This document shows, one piece after another, positions 21,701 to 31,138 of a stretch of 64,000 nucleotides of DNA. Position numbers and translations under genes: made by a program. The stretch is taken from contig JBGANV010000008.1 of NCBI GenBank assembly GCA_044222185.1, positions 160,001-224,000 on the forward strand, written 5' to 3'. How positions within the stretch are numbered: position 1 is the first letter of the stretch; the number at the start of each line of letters is the position of its first letter. This DNA is from Planctomycetota bacterium. Lineage in GTDB: Bacteria > Planctomycetota > GCA-002687715 > CAIWVZ01. The notes below the pieces were generated by a model that ran no database searches, was not told the origin of the DNA, and saw nothing but the letters and a program-made list of their open reading frames with translations.

Positions 21701-22788
21701 GTGGCGCCGATCGACAGGCGCAGCGGTTCCGTGGGGCCGATCACGCGCCGCGCCGCATGCAGCGTGAATCCGCGGGGCAGCACTTCGGGCAGTTCGATCA
21801 CCTGCGTGTTGCCCACGGGCTTGTCGATGGCAAGCCTGTAGCGCGTCCCGGCTGCAGGAACGAAGCCGAAGCGCCCCCTCCCCTCGTGTCCCACTTCGAA
21901 CGTGGCGACTTGCGACCCGCTCGGGTCGAGAACGCGGCCGGACAGATCAACGGGCTTGCCGCGGACGTCACGAGCCTCGAAGTAGACGTGGTTCTCCACG
22001 CCTGCGACGAGATCGCCGCCTTCCGGATGGATCGCCACGTCGACCTTGTTCAGGACGATCGGGATCGTCTTCGCTGCCGTCTCCTGAACGCCGCCATCCT
22101 CGATCACGCAGGCAAGCGAGCCGTCGCCCGTCTCGACTTTCGAGGGGAGGACGAACTCGACGTGCCCCCGGCCGAGCCCGTCGAGGCGCGTCTCGCTCCG
22201 GTGGATTTCCCCACCATCGACGCGGGCGACGATCGTGACCTTGGCACCGGCCGGGATTCCGCCCTGGGCGCGCGTGACCGTGAGCGACGCCGCGACCGTC
22301 TCGCCGGCGCCGTAGCCCTTTCGCTCGAACTCCAGATCCGTGCGGAGGCGGGGCACGCGGTACGCACGCACGTCGAACTTGAGCTCGGCCGGCGGACAGC
22401 CGATCGACGGAAACGACGCCACCGCGGTGTACTCACCCCCGGCGACACCCTCGGGGATGGTCCATTCTGCGCCACCGCACCCGTTGGAGATCGACGCGCC
22501 GAGCTGCGCCACCGGATCGCCCTTCGGAGACTTGATCACGAGGCGTGCGGGACGGACTCCGCTGACGGGCACGCGCGTCGATGCGTCGAGGTGGAATGCC
22601 GTGAGCCGCACCGTTTCGCCCACGCGGTAGATCGGTTTGTCGCTTTGGATGAACGTCCGCGCACCCGGCGATGCGCTCGGCGTCAGGTCGACATCGGGCG
22701 TCGGCATGAGCGAAACGGCGACGAGGGCGACGACGAACGCGAGGCGAGCGCCGAGAGGCCGGATTGCGGCGGAGACTTCGGGAACCAT
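18754..22788 (-). CDS. Alpha-2-macroglobulin / thioester-containing protein
   Basis: MG2 start (FIQSDKPIYRVGETV), A2M domain (RTDFTEVLYW...FDLSDSITSFRV), thioester motif PCGCFEQ, TED helices (GYKRLTGYE, LTAYG, FGATQSTILALKA) and receptor-binding-like C-terminus (MAVAIVGIPGG...ASRAYLYY). Confidence 0.92.
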   Translation of the reverse strand: MVPEVSAAIRPLGARLAFVVALVAVSLMPTPDVDLTPSASPGARTFIQSDKPIYRVGETVRLTAFHLDASTRVPVSGVRPARLVIKSPKGDPVAQLGASISNGCGGAEWTIPEGVAGGEYTAVASFPSIGCPPAELKFDVRAYRVPRLRTDLEFERKGYGAGETVAASLTVTRAQGGIPAGAKVTIVARVDGGEIHRSETRLDGLGRGHVEFVLPSKVETGDGSLACVIEDGGVQETAAKTIPIVLNKVDVAIHPEGGDLVAGVENHVYFEARDVRGKPVDLSGRVLDPSGSQVATFEVGHEGRGRFGFVPAAGTRYRLAIDKPVGNTQVIELPEVLPRGFTLHAARRVIGPTEPLRLSIGATSDESVSVVVARFAKEIKRESAAAQAGTSVTRDIEIAPEFDGILRVTVLDSKGTPRAERLIYRKPARAVIVAVKPSTTRGVPGQKVTVDVTTTDQDGKPVPALVGLRVTDDAVLNQIERRERAPRLPAQALIGSDVKELMDSERFFETGPAADVAIDLLLGTQGWRRFAWVDVGAFVARHGDAARRAFAVVEEPEVTKFGRLAGGGGPGAAMVDAVVEELRMGAGPRDGAARLGAAPAGKAAAPKNEPKFEAPAGEARDALLGDDDRARALDIGEFKKRVVVREYAHASRPDRRTSERTDFTEVLYWNCGVSTDATGRAAVSFDLSDSITSFRVMADAVGKDGALGSADAVIESRKPFFVEPKLPLVVTAGDVLEIPVAINNATDAAMAATLTADAGAGVTKEGNDPEIQVPANGSARGRLTLVAGKLNGWVDVVVRAQSGVLTDEVKRRIRVVPAGFPVMVAFGGRLTQRIAHDLVIPDQLDASSLVAEARIYPSPLATLTDALKGLLTEPCGCFEQTSSTAYPNVLVMEYLSTHHVDDGATLARAKQLLDSGYKRLTGYECKERGYEWFGGNPGHEALTAYGVMEFVDMSRVYGVDRSMLERTRSWLRDRRDGKGGFTRNPQALDSFGGAPDDITNAYIVWALLEAGERGLEKEIEWVAARAKESDDAYFLALAANVMYLGKHPQAPAILDRLNGKQGTDGAVRGATTSITRSSGTSLEVETTSLAIMAWLRAGGHMPSCDRAAIWLFQQCQGGRFGATQSTILALKAILGYDAANARPKAPGKVTLLVDGKAIGTVPFTTDDKGALEMPAFTNTLTAGNHRIELAMDGGSEMPYAITVRYHTQKPPSAGDCKVKLATKLASPSVRQGETTDLEVTFSNATAEGQPMAVAIVGIPGGLEPRHDQLKELVKAGLADFYEVRDGDVVFYKRCLKPSEVVNIRLNLVAAVAGTYVGAASRAYLYYSDEAKSWCDGVRVAVKGD

Positions 22789-22954
22789 GTGGAACTCCGT
22801 TCCAGGTTGACTGCGGGCTGGCGGTCCGTGCACGCCCTCTGACGCGGCGCCGCGTCCGGAAGTTCCGCGGGGCCAACGCGGCCCGGATCGGGCGCCGATC
22901 GTCCCGTACTCGCATCTGCATCCCGCGCGGGTCCCTCAAAGGCGCGTTCGGCCC

Positions 22955-22960
22955 TATAAT
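22955..22960 (+). promoter_or_regulatory. Candidate -10 element for the clostripain gene
   Basis: Perfect TATAAT in the divergent intergenic region, 76 nt upstream of ATG 23037. No clear -35. Confidence 0.4.
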
Positions 22961-23036
22961 GGCCGCCCTTTGGGTTCCGCCTCAGCCTCCCCCGAGGCGT
23001 GTTCTGTCCGACACGAGAGACTCTCGAGATTCCTCC

Positions 23037-26000
23037 ATGACCAAACCACTTCCGCGACTGCGTCTCGCAGCCCTGCTGTGCATGCTCGCCACGACCGTGT
23101 TCGCCCAGGGCACGGCGAGTCAGCCGACGACGTCGGGACCGAAGACGGACTCGCAGCCGACCGACAAACGCGCGTCGAAGGATGTGGACTTGCGGAAGGA
23201 GTGCGGTGTTCTCGGCGACGTCTTCCGCCATCGGACGGCGCTTCACTTCCTGCGAAACGACAAGGAGGCGCGGGACGCAATCCTGAAGACGATCGATCCC
23301 GAGTCGGCGAACTCGGTCCGCAGCTTCGTGGAGAAGGACGAGCGATTCACCGAGCTCGACTATCACTTCGTCGAGAAGATGCGGAACTGCGAGCAACGCA
23401 TCCTGAACCGTCTCCGCGCCGATCGCTTCCAGGGGCTGGCCGACTTCCTCGAGGCGGTGAAGGAGAAGGCCTACCCGCAATCGGTCCCCTTCGCCAACCT
23501 GGTCGAGACGGTCGAGCTCAATGCGCGGTGGGCGGCGCGCTCGGGGCGGCTCGACAAGGACGATGACACGCTGAAGGACAGCCTCAAGAAGCTCGCCTCC
23601 GAAGCGGTGCGCATCGAAGGCACGTCCGGTCATTCCATGGACGAGATCGCGAAACTGGCATGGAAGGAGACGAAGCCGGACGACTTCCCCGCGAGCTGGT
23701 TCGATCAGAGCTCGGAGATCGTGTCGTACGAATTCGGCGTGATCCCCGAGGCGAAGGACTTCCCCCAGTTGGATCTGGCGACGGCGACGCGCGAGCAGTT
23801 CCTGACGTTGCCCGGCGTCGACGACGACATGGCGGACGGGTTCATCAAGTATCGGAAGCGCAACGGCATCCAGGGACCCGAGGAGCTGCGCTTCGTCGAG
23901 CAGATTCCGGCGCACATGGCCGAACCACTGCAATCCCTCTGCAGCGTGAGCCGGAGCGAGGTTGCCAAGCGCCCGAAGAAGAAGTGGACCGTCATGGTCT
24001 ACCTCAATGCCGCCAACAACCTGGAGCCGTTCGGCATCGGCGACATGAACGAAATGGAGCGCGTGGGCTCGACGTCAGAAGTGAACGTGGTCGTCGAGTG
24101 CGCACGCTTCCGCGGCAAGCAGGCGCTGAAACCCAACTCCCAGTACCTCTCGAATCCGTACTCGGATTTCAGCGGCGCGTTCTACTTCGGTCTCGACAAC
24201 TCGCCGGGGACCCGCCGCTATTACATGCTGAAGGACGACGACAAGGTCCGCCTGCGCTCCGTCCTCGTGGAGAACATCGGTGAGACCGATGCCGGGCGCC
24301 CCGAGCCTCTCGCGAATTTCGGCAGATGGGCCGTGGAGAACTATCCGGCCGAGCACTATTGCCTCGTGATCTGGAACCACGGCGCCGGCTGGGCCGGTGT
24401 TTCCATGGACGAGAACACCCATCACGGCATGGATCTGCCGGAGGTGCGCAGTGCGCTGGAATCGATCACGGCGGCGCTCGACAAGCAGGGAAAGAAGAAG
24501 ATCGACATCGTCGACTTCGACGCCTGCCTCATGGCGACGGTCGAGGTGGCGTACGAGCTGCGCGACCACGCCGATTTCCTCGTCGCGTCGCAAGAGACGG
24601 AACCCGGCGACGGGATCCCGTACACGGACTCCCTCGGCTGGCTCGCGCGCTTCCCCGAGGCTCCGGCCGCGTCGTTCGCCAAGGCGCTCGTCGAGACCTA
24701 CGTGAAGTCGTACGCACCCGAGGGCTCGCAAGTCGGCAGCGGCGACTTCTGGTCCGGCGGCGAAACGAAGTCGGTGATCCGACTGTCGCGCGTCGCCGAG
24801 GTGCGAGACGCGATCGAGGCCGTGGGCAAGCTCCTCCAAAAGAAGAACGACCTTCTCGGCGACGTGGCGGACGACCTCGTGAAGGAGTCCCGCAAATACA
24901 TGGGTCGCCTCGTCGACATGCAGGACTTCCTGACGCGCGTCTCGAAACACGAGAAGAGTGACCAGGAGCTGAAGGCCGCGGTCGAGCGCGTCACCGACCT
25001 CATCGGTTACCCGAACGACGGCAAGGACAAGCTCGTGAACGAGGTGGTGATCACCCGACGCACGGCAGGCGCCGTCGTGTGGGGTTTCAACGGCTGGGCG
25101 ACCCCACCGCGCAGCCTCGCGCCGTTCGTCTCGGGCTCGCGTTACGCCAAAACGCCCCTCACGGGTCCTGATGAGAAGGGCAATTACACGGCGAACATCA
25201 AGTTCCCACCCATGCTCCGCAACACGAAGAGCGGCAAGATGGAGTTCGTGAAGGAGATCAATTACCGCTTCGAAGACGATGGCGAGAAACGCACGGTGAA
25301 AGACTTCGCGAACACGTTCTTCACGACGGATTTCCCGTCCGACAGCGCGGTCGTCGCCGAGGGACACAACATCGGCAACAACCGATCGCACGGGATCTCG
25401 CTCTACTTCCCCGCTTATCTCGGCTTCGACAAGAACTATCGGCGGCTCCAGTTCTCGCAGGACTCGGCCTGGGCAGCGTTGTGCGAGAAGTTCCCCATCA
25501 AGAAGATCGAGAAGCGGGCCCCCATCGCGCTGCTCGGACTGAATCACGTGACGAAGGCCGACCGCGAGACCTTCGGCGCGCTCGCCGTGCGCGAAGCCCT
25601 CGAGAAGAAGGTCCGCGCGCACGATTGGAACACGACGTACGTGTCCGATCTCGGCACGATGAAGCGGACGGCCGACGGCATCCGAGATCCCCGTCCCTAT
25701 GGCGAGGACTGGGCGGAGACGCTCGCGCATTACACGGACGGCACCGTGATCCTCGACAACCACAGCGGCGGCGAGCTTGGCGGCGGTGGAGCCGACATGT
25801 CGGAGATGTTCGCCATGATGATGGGCGGAGGTTCGGCGCCGCGGTTGCCCCGGGCCGTCGGCCCCGAGGGGCGCCAGGTGCTGCGCTATCTGCAGGCTGG
25901 CGGGCGGCTCCTCCTCGGCACGTCGGCTGCGACGCAGACCGTCTGGGACACACCGCTCTATCGCGACGCGCTGGGCCTCGAATACGTCCGCACCTGGAAC

Positions 26001-26405
26001 CGCGGATACGCCTTCAAGCTCGCGCGGCCGGCGACGGCGAAGCCAGACACGACTTTCGAAGTCGAGCCGGCCCGGAAGGGCGAGGCGGTCACGGTGTTCG
26101 CCGCGCGCGACGGCGTCGAAGGCATCGAGCCGTTCGCACTGCTGCCCGACGGCCAGATGATCGGCGCCAAGATCGCCCGCGTGGATTCGACCACGCGCAA
26201 GCCCTACCGCGCCGTGATCCTCGGCTTCTACCTCACCGACGTGAAGGGTGACGACAATCGCCGCGCGATCCTGAAGGAAGCCCTGGAGTTCCTAACGCCG
26301 TCGGCGGCTCCGGCACCGTCCCTCCCGATCGCCGCCGACTCACGACCGGCGCCGGCGGGCGAAGTCCTGATCGGCACGAAGTCGACGGGGACCGGCGGCG
26401 GCTGA
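23037..26405 (+). CDS. Secreted clostripain-family (C11) cysteine peptidase with ComEA-like helix-hairpin-helix domain
   Basis: Signal peptide ends VFA|Q. The HhH segment is LDLATATREQFLTLPGVDDDMADGFIKYRKRNG. C11 motifs are KKWTVMVYLNAANNLE, LVIWNHGAGW (His), DFDACLMATVEV (Cys), ASQETEPGDG and SHGISLYFP. Confidence 0.9.
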   Translation: MTKPLPRLRLAALLCMLATTVFAQGTASQPTTSGPKTDSQPTDKRASKDVDLRKECGVLGDVFRHRTALHFLRNDKEARDAILKTIDPESANSVRSFVEKDERFTELDYHFVEKMRNCEQRILNRLRADRFQGLADFLEAVKEKAYPQSVPFANLVETVELNARWAARSGRLDKDDDTLKDSLKKLASEAVRIEGTSGHSMDEIAKLAWKETKPDDFPASWFDQSSEIVSYEFGVIPEAKDFPQLDLATATREQFLTLPGVDDDMADGFIKYRKRNGIQGPEELRFVEQIPAHMAEPLQSLCSVSRSEVAKRPKKKWTVMVYLNAANNLEPFGIGDMNEMERVGSTSEVNVVVECARFRGKQALKPNSQYLSNPYSDFSGAFYFGLDNSPGTRRYYMLKDDDKVRLRSVLVENIGETDAGRPEPLANFGRWAVENYPAEHYCLVIWNHGAGWAGVSMDENTHHGMDLPEVRSALESITAALDKQGKKKIDIVDFDACLMATVEVAYELRDHADFLVASQETEPGDGIPYTDSLGWLARFPEAPAASFAKALVETYVKSYAPEGSQVGSGDFWSGGETKSVIRLSRVAEVRDAIEAVGKLLQKKNDLLGDVADDLVKESRKYMGRLVDMQDFLTRVSKHEKSDQELKAAVERVTDLIGYPNDGKDKLVNEVVITRRTAGAVVWGFNGWATPPRSLAPFVSGSRYAKTPLTGPDEKGNYTANIKFPPMLRNTKSGKMEFVKEINYRFEDDGEKRTVKDFANTFFTTDFPSDSAVVAEGHNIGNNRSHGISLYFPAYLGFDKNYRRLQFSQDSAWAALCEKFPIKKIEKRAPIALLGLNHVTKADRETFGALAVREALEKKVRAHDWNTTYVSDLGTMKRTADGIRDPRPYGEDWAETLAHYTDGTVILDNHSGGELGGGGADMSEMFAMMMGGGSAPRLPRAVGPEGRQVLRYLQAGGRLLLGTSAATQTVWDTPLYRDALGLEYVRTWNRGYAFKLARPATAKPDTTFEVEPARKGEAVTVFAARDGVEGIEPFALLPDGQMIGAKIARVDSTTRKPYRAVILGFYLTDVKGDDNRRAILKEALEFLTPSAAPAPSLPIAADSRPAPAGEVLIGTKSTGTGGG

Positions 26406-26455
26406 TTCCACGCAGGTCGCGCGAAGAAGCCCAGGACGGTCGAGGCCGTCGATGT

Positions 26456-26485
26456 CCGGAACCGCATGAACCCTCGCGGTTCCGG
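26456..26485. terminator. Stem-loop between convergent genes (possible terminator)
   Basis: CCGGAACCGC-N10-GCGGTTCCGG is a perfect 10-bp inverted repeat 50 nt after the clostripain stop. No U-tract. Confidence 0.35.
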
Positions 26486-26979
26486 TACCTGGAGATCAAT
26501 CCACGCGACCACGACCGTCTCCTCGAAGCTCCGAACGACTCCGACGGCGGGACGAATGCGCGCGGAACGCGCTGATGCGACCCGAGCCCAGCGACCGCAA
26601 CTCGGAGCCGACGGCGCGACCGAAGACGGGTCAGGCGTCGTTACGGAACACCGTCGCGACCGAAGCGCGGGGACCTCGTCGACCGGCCCGTCGCGCCTCG
26701 CCCGACACGGCCGGTCGAAGCTCCGCAGGCCGCCGCGGTCGAGAGAGAATCAGGAGGAGCGACTGCATACGGGTCAGCACACGCGGCCCCGGGTCGCCAT
26801 GAGTCCGCCGTGTGCGCTCGGGACGCCGGAACTCATTCCCAAGGTCTTTGAGACACGCGCGCTCGCGCCCACCATCCGGAGGCGCGTGCACGACTGTCGG
26901 CTCCTCCGATTTGACGGGTGGGCCGCGGTGGCCCGCCCGGCTCCGATCCGGTGGCAATCCGGCTCCGTCGGGCAGCCGC

Positions 26980-29900
26980 TCAAATTCCCGTGCGGTAGCG
27001 CGGCCACGTGAACCGGAAACCCACGGGGCTCGCGGGATCCAGGTAATAAGCCTGCATCGTGAACATCAGGTTCGCCGCTGGGTTCGGCGCCAGGATCCCG
27101 TTGACCTCGAAATGGCCTCCCGGCGCCGTCCTTGCACCCGACCCGAACACTGCGAAGGGCTGCGCTGGACCATGTACGCCGAGACCGTCAAACACCACGA
27201 CTTCAGTCGGGCTCGAGAGTCCATAGACCATGTTGTAGGCCGCACTCGGCCAGGGAACGACCTCGAGCGGGTTGAGGAGGTCGAGTTCCAGCGTGAACGC
27301 CTGGTTCGGCGCACAGCCCTCGAGAACGATGTCGAAGGGCGCGCCCGGCACGAGCGGATCGGCGAGCGGATGGTGGCCGATCGTCCCGAGGTTGTTTGCG
27401 GTCGCGCCGAGGCCGACACGCAGCGCGAGCGCATTGGAGACGTTTCCGTTGCAGTACTTGATCGCAATCGCGAGGCCTCCGTGGTGCTGGGCGAGGAGGA
27501 ATCCGCTTGGAATCGTTGCGACGAAGTGCGGCAGCGGAAAGCTGGCCAACTGCGTGTTGAGCGCGACTCCGTCGGCATGAACCTGCCATCCAAGGAGGTT
27601 CGGGCTGCCCTGGAGCGATTGCGCGGACACGAGCACGGCGACATTGACCGACGGCGACAGCGCGGTCATCAGCGGAATCGAGCCGGGAGAAAGCCCAGTG
27701 AGCTCGACCCCGTGAACCGTGAAAGTGGCGGGTGCCGTTGCGCCACCGTAACCCGGCGGGTTCACAACGGTCACGGAGTGCGATCCGAGAGTCAGCCCCA
27801 TGGTCTCGAGGCCCGACGCCGTCAGCTCCGTCGAGCTCACGAACGCTGTCGTCGGGACGACGACGCCGTCGATTGCGACGGTGCTCGTCGGCAGGAAGTC
27901 GACGCCGGTCACAGTCAGTGGCGATAGGGGACCACAGATATGACGGCTCGAGGGCGACAACGCGCTGATGGAGGGATTCGGCTGAACGACGCTGAATGGC
28001 AGTGAGGAGGACGTGCCTCCGCCAGGCCCGAAGTTGACGACCGTGATCTGTCGAGTCTGAGGTGTCGACGTCATGGCAGACGTGATCGTCGCCGTGAGCC
28101 GAGTGTCGGAGACGAACGCCGTCGAGAGGCTGACGCCCTGACGCCTCACGACCGACGTGGCGACGAAGTTGGTCCCGTCGACGGTCAGCGTGACTGGACC
28201 GACGCCCGCAAGCACGGACGTGGGTGCGATGCTCACCAACGTCGGTACCGGATTCGTGATCGTGAACGTGACGCTGTTGCTGGTCCCGCCGGCGGGAAGG
28301 GGGTTGAAAACCGTCACCGACGCGGTCCCCGCCTGCGCGACATGCGTGGATCCAACGCTGATCGTGAGTGTCGTCGAGTCGACGTAGGTGGTCGGTCCGA
28401 TCTGAGCTCCGTTCCATCTCACGCGACTGGATGTGTTGAATCCCGTCCCCGTCACGGTGAGGGTGAACGTGGGGCTTCCAGCCAGCTGCGATGAGGGCGA
28501 GATAGACGTGATCATCGGCACCGGATTGGGCGTGAGTGACACCAAACTCGTGATGCTGCCGAATGGGGTTCCCACGCCGCCGTCTTCCTGTTGAGTGACG
28601 ACGATCGCGTGCCAGCCAGGCTGGAGCGCCATGCCCGTAACCTGGGTTCCCGTGACCGCGCGATCGCTGATGAGGGCCGCCGACGCGCCGCGCCAGCCAC
28701 TGTTGGGTGCCGGTCCAAAGAGGTGCCAGGAGAGCATGCTGGAAACACCAGTGACGCTGATGCTGTAGTTCGCGGCCGCCGGGACGTTGAATTCCTGAAC
28801 TCGGATCGCGCGATTCAGGCCCCAGGCCACTGTGAGCGGCGTGCCCACCGTGAGCGTCGTGACTCCCGCATGCTCGACCTTGCCCGGCCATCCCAGAAGA
28901 CAGGGCTCCGCGCACCAGCCGGTGACGGGACTCACGCTCCCAGTTGACCCGTCCGCGATGAGAAACTCGGGCCACGCCGCTGCCACGTCTTCGCTCAGCA
29001 CGCCGGCCATCGCCACTGAGCAGTTGCCGAGGCTCGAAACGCCGACGACTTCGAAGTGAGACCCGCCCGGCGCGATCGTGATGATCGAGGACGTTCCGAT
29101 GTTCGAGCGCGGCGCGCCGCTCGTCAGCGCGAGCGAACCCGTCGCCGAACTCGTCCCGGAAAGCCCTGCGAATCCAAAGGCGTAATCGACCGCCGGCATG
29201 GCCGGACCCGGTGTGCTCCTGACGATCGCAAGCGCGTGCCAGCCGGCGGCCAGCGTAATGGGCCACGTTTGGCCGGTCGATGTGAAGCCGGATGCGACTG
29301 GTGTTGGAGTCGACCACGATTCGGGGCCAGCATCCGGGTCGTAGATCGCCCAGTACAGCCCGCCCGATGCAGAGAGAAGGAAGTCGGTCCCGAAGTTGAC
29401 GAACCCGCCCCCGGCCCCCGGCACGTCGAACTCGTAGAGGTCGAGTTGACGATTGGCGTCGAGCGTTGCGGACACGCGAGACATGCATGTGATCGGCGTC
29501 GCCACACGATGTTCGAGAACCCGGATTCCCGAAACAGGGAAGCAGGACTGCGCGTGGACGACTCCCGTCGTATTTCCGAGTGGATGGTTGCGGCCGTCCG
29601 CGAGGACGATGTCGACGGGGCTTTGCCACGCGGCTGCGCCACCGAGGAAGAAGCCGGCGCAGTCCGTCGAGGCGACGCCATTCCACACGCCTGCGCTCGG
29701 TTGCACCGTGAACTGCGTGAAGGGAACGCCACTGACCTGATACGGAACGTTCGGGGACAACGTCACGTTCGGTGGTGCCGAGGCGAGGAGAGCGCCGAAC
29801 CTGAACGTCTGCGCTGTAAAGGACGACGAGGTGCGAAATATGGCGAACACGTAGGTGCCCGCGGTCGAGATCGCGAGTGACGCGGCGGTCTGGCTCAGGT

Positions 29901-30441
29901 TCGTCCCCGAGAGCAGTGGGGTAGTCCCAGAGCGCGTCACGACCGTCGTCGGAGAACTCGGTCCGTAGAGTCGCCAGGCCGCCGTGTTCGGTCCATCGAG
30001 ATAGACCGCGAGCGTGGCGTTGCCAGCCGACGCGGGCGAGACCGTGAGTTCGATCAAACGGATGACATCGCCGGCGCCGAATGCGATCTCCTCGTAGCCG
30101 TCGCTGAGATTGCCTGCAGCGACTGCCGATTGGAGCGTGGCGGGCGACGACCCGGCATTGCGGCTGGCGCTCCCGGTCTGGACCGGTGCCGTCCCACCGT
30201 TGGGGGGAAACAACACGAACTCGCACGCTCCCCCCGCCGCGTCCGAAACCGAGTTGTTCTGGACGAGCCGCCAATCGGATGTGGACGACAACGCGACCCC
30301 CGACCAGTGATTGTCATCAGGGTCGAACGCCCCGAGCGCCGTCGGGCTCGCGCTGATCGTGACTGGTGTCGTCGACGGCACGACCTGGGCCACCGCAACC
30401 GCCGGAATGAGAAGAGCCAGAAAGAGGGTGCGTGGATTCAT
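26980..30441 (-). CDS. Large secreted protein with repeated beta-sandwich modules, 3-4 IPT/TIG domains and the shared C-terminal domain
   Basis: GGAGG RBS and signal peptide ending AVA|Q. IPT/TIG repeats (P.ITSISP....G..FTLTVTGTGF...S.V...T.YV.ST.LT...VTV.NP.P.GGTS). Ends MFTMQAYYLDPASPVGFRFTWPRYRTGI. Confidence 0.85.
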   Translation of the reverse strand: MNPRTLFLALLIPAVAVAQVVPSTTPVTISASPTALGAFDPDDNHWSGVALSSTSDWRLVQNNSVSDAAGGACEFVLFPPNGGTAPVQTGSASRNAGSSPATLQSAVAAGNLSDGYEEIAFGAGDVIRLIELTVSPASAGNATLAVYLDGPNTAAWRLYGPSSPTTVVTRSGTTPLLSGTNLSQTAASLAISTAGTYVFAIFRTSSSFTAQTFRFGALLASAPPNVTLSPNVPYQVSGVPFTQFTVQPSAGVWNGVASTDCAGFFLGGAAAWQSPVDIVLADGRNHPLGNTTGVVHAQSCFPVSGIRVLEHRVATPITCMSRVSATLDANRQLDLYEFDVPGAGGGFVNFGTDFLLSASGGLYWAIYDPDAGPESWSTPTPVASGFTSTGQTWPITLAAGWHALAIVRSTPGPAMPAVDYAFGFAGLSGTSSATGSLALTSGAPRSNIGTSSIITIAPGGSHFEVVGVSSLGNCSVAMAGVLSEDVAAAWPEFLIADGSTGSVSPVTGWCAEPCLLGWPGKVEHAGVTTLTVGTPLTVAWGLNRAIRVQEFNVPAAANYSISVTGVSSMLSWHLFGPAPNSGWRGASAALISDRAVTGTQVTGMALQPGWHAIVVTQQEDGGVGTPFGSITSLVSLTPNPVPMITSISPSSQLAGSPTFTLTVTGTGFNTSSRVRWNGAQIGPTTYVDSTTLTISVGSTHVAQAGTASVTVFNPLPAGGTSNSVTFTITNPVPTLVSIAPTSVLAGVGPVTLTVDGTNFVATSVVRRQGVSLSTAFVSDTRLTATITSAMTSTPQTRQITVVNFGPGGGTSSSLPFSVVQPNPSISALSPSSRHICGPLSPLTVTGVDFLPTSTVAIDGVVVPTTAFVSSTELTASGLETMGLTLGSHSVTVVNPPGYGGATAPATFTVHGVELTGLSPGSIPLMTALSPSVNVAVLVSAQSLQGSPNLLGWQVHADGVALNTQLASFPLPHFVATIPSGFLLAQHHGGLAIAIKYCNGNVSNALALRVGLGATANNLGTIGHHPLADPLVPGAPFDIVLEGCAPNQAFTLELDLLNPLEVVPWPSAAYNMVYGLSSPTEVVVFDGLGVHGPAQPFAVFGSGARTAPGGHFEVNGILAPNPAANLMFTMQAYYLDPASPVGFRFTWPRYRTGI

Positions 30442-31138
30442 GGTCGGGTCCTCCGGGACTTCGCTCAGCGGGCCCCACGGATGGGCCGCAGCGAACTCAT
30501 GTCCGTATCAACGGAATCCGAAGCCGTGGGCGTCGCGGAATCCCCCGGGCGGCCTGATTGCAGCCAGACCGGAAGCGGCGCGCGCCAACGGTGCGGAGTC
30601 CGCCCACGGCCTGGCCGTCCACGGCTCTGCGTTGATCCAGCGACGCGGGATTCTCGGTGCGGAGGCAACAGGCCGCGTCCGAAAGGACGGGACTTGGTTC
30701 GGAAACTCCAGCGAGGCGGCGACGTACGGCCTGCGCCGGACGCGCGTGGTGCAAACTTCGATCGTTTGAAACGGTCCGTTCCGGTCCGCGCCCGACGACG
30801 TTCCTCAGGGGATCACGCTGGCGGTCGTCGAGACGCTCCGCGCGTCCGCCAGTCCAGGAGTCCCATGGGAAGGAACTTGCCGTCCGTTCGATGACTGCGC
30901 CGGGCCGTTGCCGCTGCAAAGTCCGGTACTGCGCGGGGGACGCAGACTTCGCGGGCTTCTGCAACGACATGCGGGATCGAGCCGTCGCCGCCCTCGAAGA
31001 AGCTCGTCAGCGCGATCGGCCGCCCGTCGGGTAGTCTGACTTCATGGCCGACCGCGAAGTTCATCGCACGCTCACGATCGACTGCGGTCCGCGCGCGGCG
31101 TGGGCGGGGTCGACGTTCGGAGTCGGCTGAGGCGTCGC

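Noticed and set aside
30660-30710. GAAA-tetraloop hairpin as a c-di-GMP-I riboswitch or hammerhead ribozyme
   Set aside because: The flanking consensus (GGCAAAC...GGACGCAAAG, or CUGAUGA...GAAA) is not matched.
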